Shown here: positions 22,862 to 25,778 of the stretch, piece after piece
Layout: every line of letters begins with the position of its first letter
Numbering within the stretch: the stretch's first letter is position 1
NCBI RefSeq assembly: GCF_000621645.1
Contig: NZ_KK211325.1
Coordinates: forward strand, 1 to 25,778
DNA: 25,778 bases
Direction: 5' to 3'
From: Vibrio cholerae ATCC 14035
GTDB taxonomy: Bacteria > Pseudomonadota > Gammaproteobacteria > Enterobacterales > Vibrionaceae
Program-made: the position numbers and the translations under genes
Notes under the pieces: generated by a model
The model's input: the letters and a program-made list of their open reading frames with translations, nothing else
The model's database searches: none
Told to the model about the DNA's origin: nothing

Positions 22862-23719
22862 TTAAGCTTGGTGTGCGTAGGGCTCGCCCATGCGGGTTGG
22901 TGCGCCCAGTGCCATGCTGTCATCAAAGCGAATAGCTTGTTTGGCAAACAGGTTGATCACGGTGGAGCCCAGTTTAAAGCGACCCATCTCTTCGCCTTTT
23001 TTGAGAACCACTGCTTGGTTACCGTTGGCTGGGTAGTCCCAACGATAAACGGTGTTGCCACGCGGCGGAGTCACGGTGCCCGCCCAAACCAGTTCAATAC
23101 TGCCGACAATGGTGGCGCCAACCAGCACTTGTGCCATTGGGCCAAATTCTGTATCGAAAATACACACCACACGCTCGTTGCGGGCAAACAAGTTCGGTAC
23201 ATTTTCCGCTGTCAGAGGGTTTACCGAGAACAGATCGCCCGGTACGTAGATCATTTGGCGCAAAGTGCCATCACAAGGCATATGTACGCGGTGATAATCA
23301 CGTGGCGAGAGATACAGAGTCGCAAAATCACCATCACGGAATTCTTCCGCGAGCTTGGCATCACCACCGAGCAGCTCTTGGGCTGAGTAAGTGTGGCCTT
23401 TGGCTTGGATAAGTTTACCGTATTCAATCGCACCAAACTGACTCACGCACGCATCGGCAGGATGGGTGATCACCTTTTCGCCTTCAGCGATAGGGCGCAC
23501 GCCAGCTTTTAGCTCACGCACAAAAAATTCATTAAACGTCTTGAAGTGAGTCGGATCAGAGTGCAGAGCCTCGTCCATGTTGACGTTATATTGCTTGATG
23601 AACCAGCGGATGATGGCCGTGGTCAGGCTGCCTGCACGCGCAGACGCCAACTTGCCAACCAAGCGGGTCAGGGCATGTTGTGGAATCCAATATTGCAGTC
23701 CAACTTTAATCTTATCCAT
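22862..23719 (-). CDS. psd: Phosphatidylserine decarboxylase proenzyme
   Basis: 285 aa with the LGST self-cleavage/pyruvoyl motif ([13 protein letters not shown]) and DYHRVHMP. Conserved rsgA-psd order. Confidence 0.96.
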
Positions 23720-23814
23720 GGTTTACATTCCAATAGAGTGGTGATGGGCGCGAGATGTTACTGAAAATCGCGCCTTCTGTCAGTAGATGCTCTAAACTTG
23801 CTAACAATTTGCTC

Positions 23815-24876
23815 TTACAGATCGGCTTTTTTGCTGCGCGAATACTGCCGATTGGCTTTGTTTTCCGTCATGCTTTGCACAATTCGATGATAATTATCAA
23901 AACGCAGTGCGCTGATTTCTCCCTTGCTTACGGCCTCACGCAACAAGCAACCCGGGTCATCCCCATGTTTGCAATCACGAAATTTACAGCCGCCTAAGTA
24001 AGGGCGAAATTCGACATAAGCTTTGGTGACATCATCGGTTTCTAAGTGCCACAAACCAAATTCACGTACCCCGGGTGAGTCAATCAAATCACCTCCACTT
24101 GGAATGTGATAAAGCCGTGCGGCGGTAGTGGTGTGTTGGCCTAAGCCAGACGTTTCAGAAATCGCCCCTTCTTCCACATCTTCTTCCAATTCTGGAAGTA
24201 ATGCATTGACCAAACTGGATTTGCCAACACCCGATTGACCCACAAACACGTTGGTGCGATCGCGCAGTTTCACTTCAAGATCCGCAATCCCTTCACCGAT
24301 TTTCTTACTGACGTAGAGTACGTCATAGCCAATGGCACGGTAATCATTTAACCATGTGCTGTATTGCTCTCGAAGCTCTGGGCTGAGTAGGTCAATCTTG
24401 TTCAGTACGATGAGTGGTGCAATCCCTAAGGTTTCAGAAGCAATCAAGTAGCGATCAATAATATTCAGAGAGAGCTCGGGTAATACCGACGACACGATCA
24501 CCATTTGATCCACGTTTGCCGCAACGGGTTTGAGGCCATCGTAATAATCTGGGCGCACTAATACAGAGCTGCGAGCTTCCACCGCTTCTACCACACCGGA
24601 AATGCCTGCGAGAGTCTCGGCCCCAGGGCGCCACAGGACGTTATCGCCGGATACTAAACTTTCGATGCCGCGACGCAGGTTACAGCGATGAATTTCCCCC
24701 GTCACTGGATCTTCAATATCGGCATGTTGACCAAAGCGGGTAATCACTAATCCCGGTTGCGCACTGCCGAGCAAGGCCTCATCCCAAACGATAGACTCTT
24801 CTTGTTTGAGTTTTTTATGTTGGTTATTTCTAACCCGGCGTACTTGACCGTGTGTAAGCTTTTTCTTTTTTGTCAC
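23815..24876 (-). CDS. rsgA: Small ribosomal subunit biogenesis GTPase RsgA (YjeQ)
   Basis: 353 aa, GTG start. Circularly permuted GTPase motifs NKIDL then [11 protein letters not shown]-terminal zinc knuckle [14 protein letters not shown]. Divergent from orn, as in E. coli. Confidence 0.95.
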   Translation of the reverse strand: MTKKKKLTHGQVRRVRNNQHKKLKQEESIVWDEALLGSAQPGLVITRFGQHADIEDPVTGEIHRCNLRRGIESLVSGDNVLWRPGAETLAGISGVVEAVEARSSVLVRPDYYDGLKPVAANVDQMVIVSSVLPELSLNIIDRYLIASETLGIAPLIVLNKIDLLSPELREQYSTWLNDYRAIGYDVLYVSKKIGEGIADLEVKLRDRTNVFVGQSGVGKSSLVNALLPELEEDVEEGAISETSGLGQHTTTAARLYHIPSGGDLIDSPGVREFGLWHLETDDVTKAYVEFRPYLGGCKFRDCKHGDDPGCLLREAVSKGEISALRFDNYHRIVQSMTENKANRQYSRSKKADL

Positions 24877-24998
24877 AGTGTTCTACTTACTCTCTGCTAG
24901 ATATAAGGCGTATCAAATCTCAATTTGATACGTATCCTGTCGATCTGAATTTGGGTATAGTACCTCTTTTGTGAATAAACCCCTATAGGCGCACCATT

Positions 24999-25544
24999 AT
25001 GTCTTTCAGCGACCAGAATCTGATTTGGATTGATTTAGAGATGACGGGACTTGATCCTGAAATGCACAAAATCATTGAGATGGCGACCATTGTTACTGAC
25101 AGTGAGCTAAACATTTTAGCTGAAGGCCCAGTGATTGCGATTCATCAACCCGAATCCGAACTCGCGAAAATGGATGAATGGTGTACCACAACGCACACCG
25201 CAAGTGGCTTGGTGGCGCGTGTACGTCAAAGCCAAGTGAGTGAAGAAGAAGCCATAGATCAAACGCTCGCGTTTTTAAAGCAGTGGGTGCCGGAAGGCAA
25301 ATCTCCGATTTGTGGCAACAGTATTGGTCAAGACAGACGTTTCCTTTACAAACACATGCCGCGTTTGGAAGCGTACTTCCATTATCGTTATATTGATGTC
25401 AGCACCATCAAAGAGCTGACTCGCCGCTGGCAGCCTGAAGTGCTAAAAGAGTTCAGTAAAACAGGTAGCCATCTTGCTTTGGATGATATTCGAGAGTCAA
25501 TTGCTGAGCTTCAGTTCTATCGTAAGGCGGTATTCAAGATCTAA
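24999..25544 (+). CDS. orn: Oligoribonuclease
   Basis: 181 aa. [14 protein letters not shown] (DEDDh exo I)...[11 protein letters not shown]...[14 protein letters not shown], canonical Orn. Confidence 0.97.
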   Translation: MSFSDQNLIWIDLEMTGLDPEMHKIIEMATIVTDSELNILAEGPVIAIHQPESELAKMDEWCTTTHTASGLVARVRQSQVSEEEAIDQTLAFLKQWVPEGKSPICGNSIGQDRRFLYKHMPRLEAYFHYRYIDVSTIKELTRRWQPEVLKEFSKTGSHLALDDIRESIAELQFYRKAVFKI

Positions 25545-25641
25545 TATCGGGTATTCAATGCTATAAAAAGAGCAATTGTTCGACATCTTGCATGCTTTTT
25601 CGGCAAGCGAAAAAAAAAAGAGTTTTTTTCACGAGAAGCTC

Positions 25642-25669
25642 TTGCATCACAAGAAAATGCTCTTATAAT
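25642..25669 (+). promoter_or_regulatory. tRNA-Gly promoter
   Basis: TTGCAT (25642-25647), 16-nt spacer, TATAAT (25664-25669), then the GC-rich discriminator CGCAGCCC. A10 and T7 tracts lie upstream (about 25610-25630), consistent with an UP element. Confidence 0.6.
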
Positions 25670-25702
25670 TCGCAGCCCTAAACGACGGAAAACGTTGTTG
25701 AT

Positions 25703-25778
25703 GCGACACTAGCTCAGTTGGTAGAGCGCAACCTTGCCAAGGTTGAGGTCACGAGTTCGAACCTCGTGTGTCGCTCCA
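25703..25778 (+). tRNA. glyV: tRNA-Gly (anticodon GCC), CCA encoded
   Basis: The 76-nt sequence GCGACAC-TA-GCTC-AGTTGGTA-GAGC-G-CAACC-TTGCCAA-GGTTG-AGGTC-ACGAG-TTCGAAC-CTCGT-GTGTCGC-T-CCA folds as a cloverleaf with anticodon GCC. It lies downstream of orn like the E. coli glyVXY cluster; the symbol is given by analogy only. Confidence 0.93.

Noticed and set aside
22832-23386. 184-aa plus-strand ORF antisense to psd
   Set aside because: The same reasoning applies. psd on the minus strand has the diagnostic LGST and DYHRVHMP motifs, and the antisense product has none.
23747-23774. Hairpin GGCGCGA-14 nt-TCGCGCC between rsgA and psd, considered as a terminator
   Set aside because: There is no U-run after it on the minus (coding) strand and the loop is large. 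It is more likely an intercistronic structure within an rsgA-psd co-transcript, with nothing further to support a call.

Overview
This window is a conserved housekeeping region of a Vibrio-type gammaproteobacterial chromosome. About 47-48% GC, the gene order and the protein sequences suggest Vibrio cholerae chromosome 1 or a close relative; that assignment is from memory, not a search. In order, the window holds: the 3' end of tuf; secE-nusG; rplK-rplA; rplJ-rplL; rpoB-rpoC; rsd (-); nudC; hemE; a TetR-family regulator; an uncharacterised DHH/DHHA1-like phosphoesterase; envC (-) and gpmI (-); an EamA/DMT permease (-); a DASS/SLC13 Na+-coupled anion symporter (-); psd (-) and rsgA (-); orn; and a tRNA-Gly(GCC) that ends exactly at the window edge. 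Several six-frame ORFs carry spurious 5' extensions. I moved those starts using Shine-Dalgarno spacing and homolog N-termini (secE, rplA, rpoB, hemE, TetR, DMT, DASS, probably nudC and rsd). I see no integrase, transposase, CRISPR array, toxin-antitoxin pair, defence-gene signature or compositional island, so I cannot support a claim of a large novel system here. Four things seem most worth a second look. First, an orphan minus-strand intrinsic terminator plus a perfect TATAAT box outline a ~70-nt candidate sRNA between nudC and hemE. Second, the TetR regulator and DHH/DHHA1-like gene pair has no known function. Third, that gene's stop codon overlaps the envC stop codon convergently. Fourth, several perfect palindromes sit on promoters or leaders (rplA-rplJ, rsd leader, rsgA/orn). 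Promoter, terminator and RNA calls come from reading the sequence only and are unverified.
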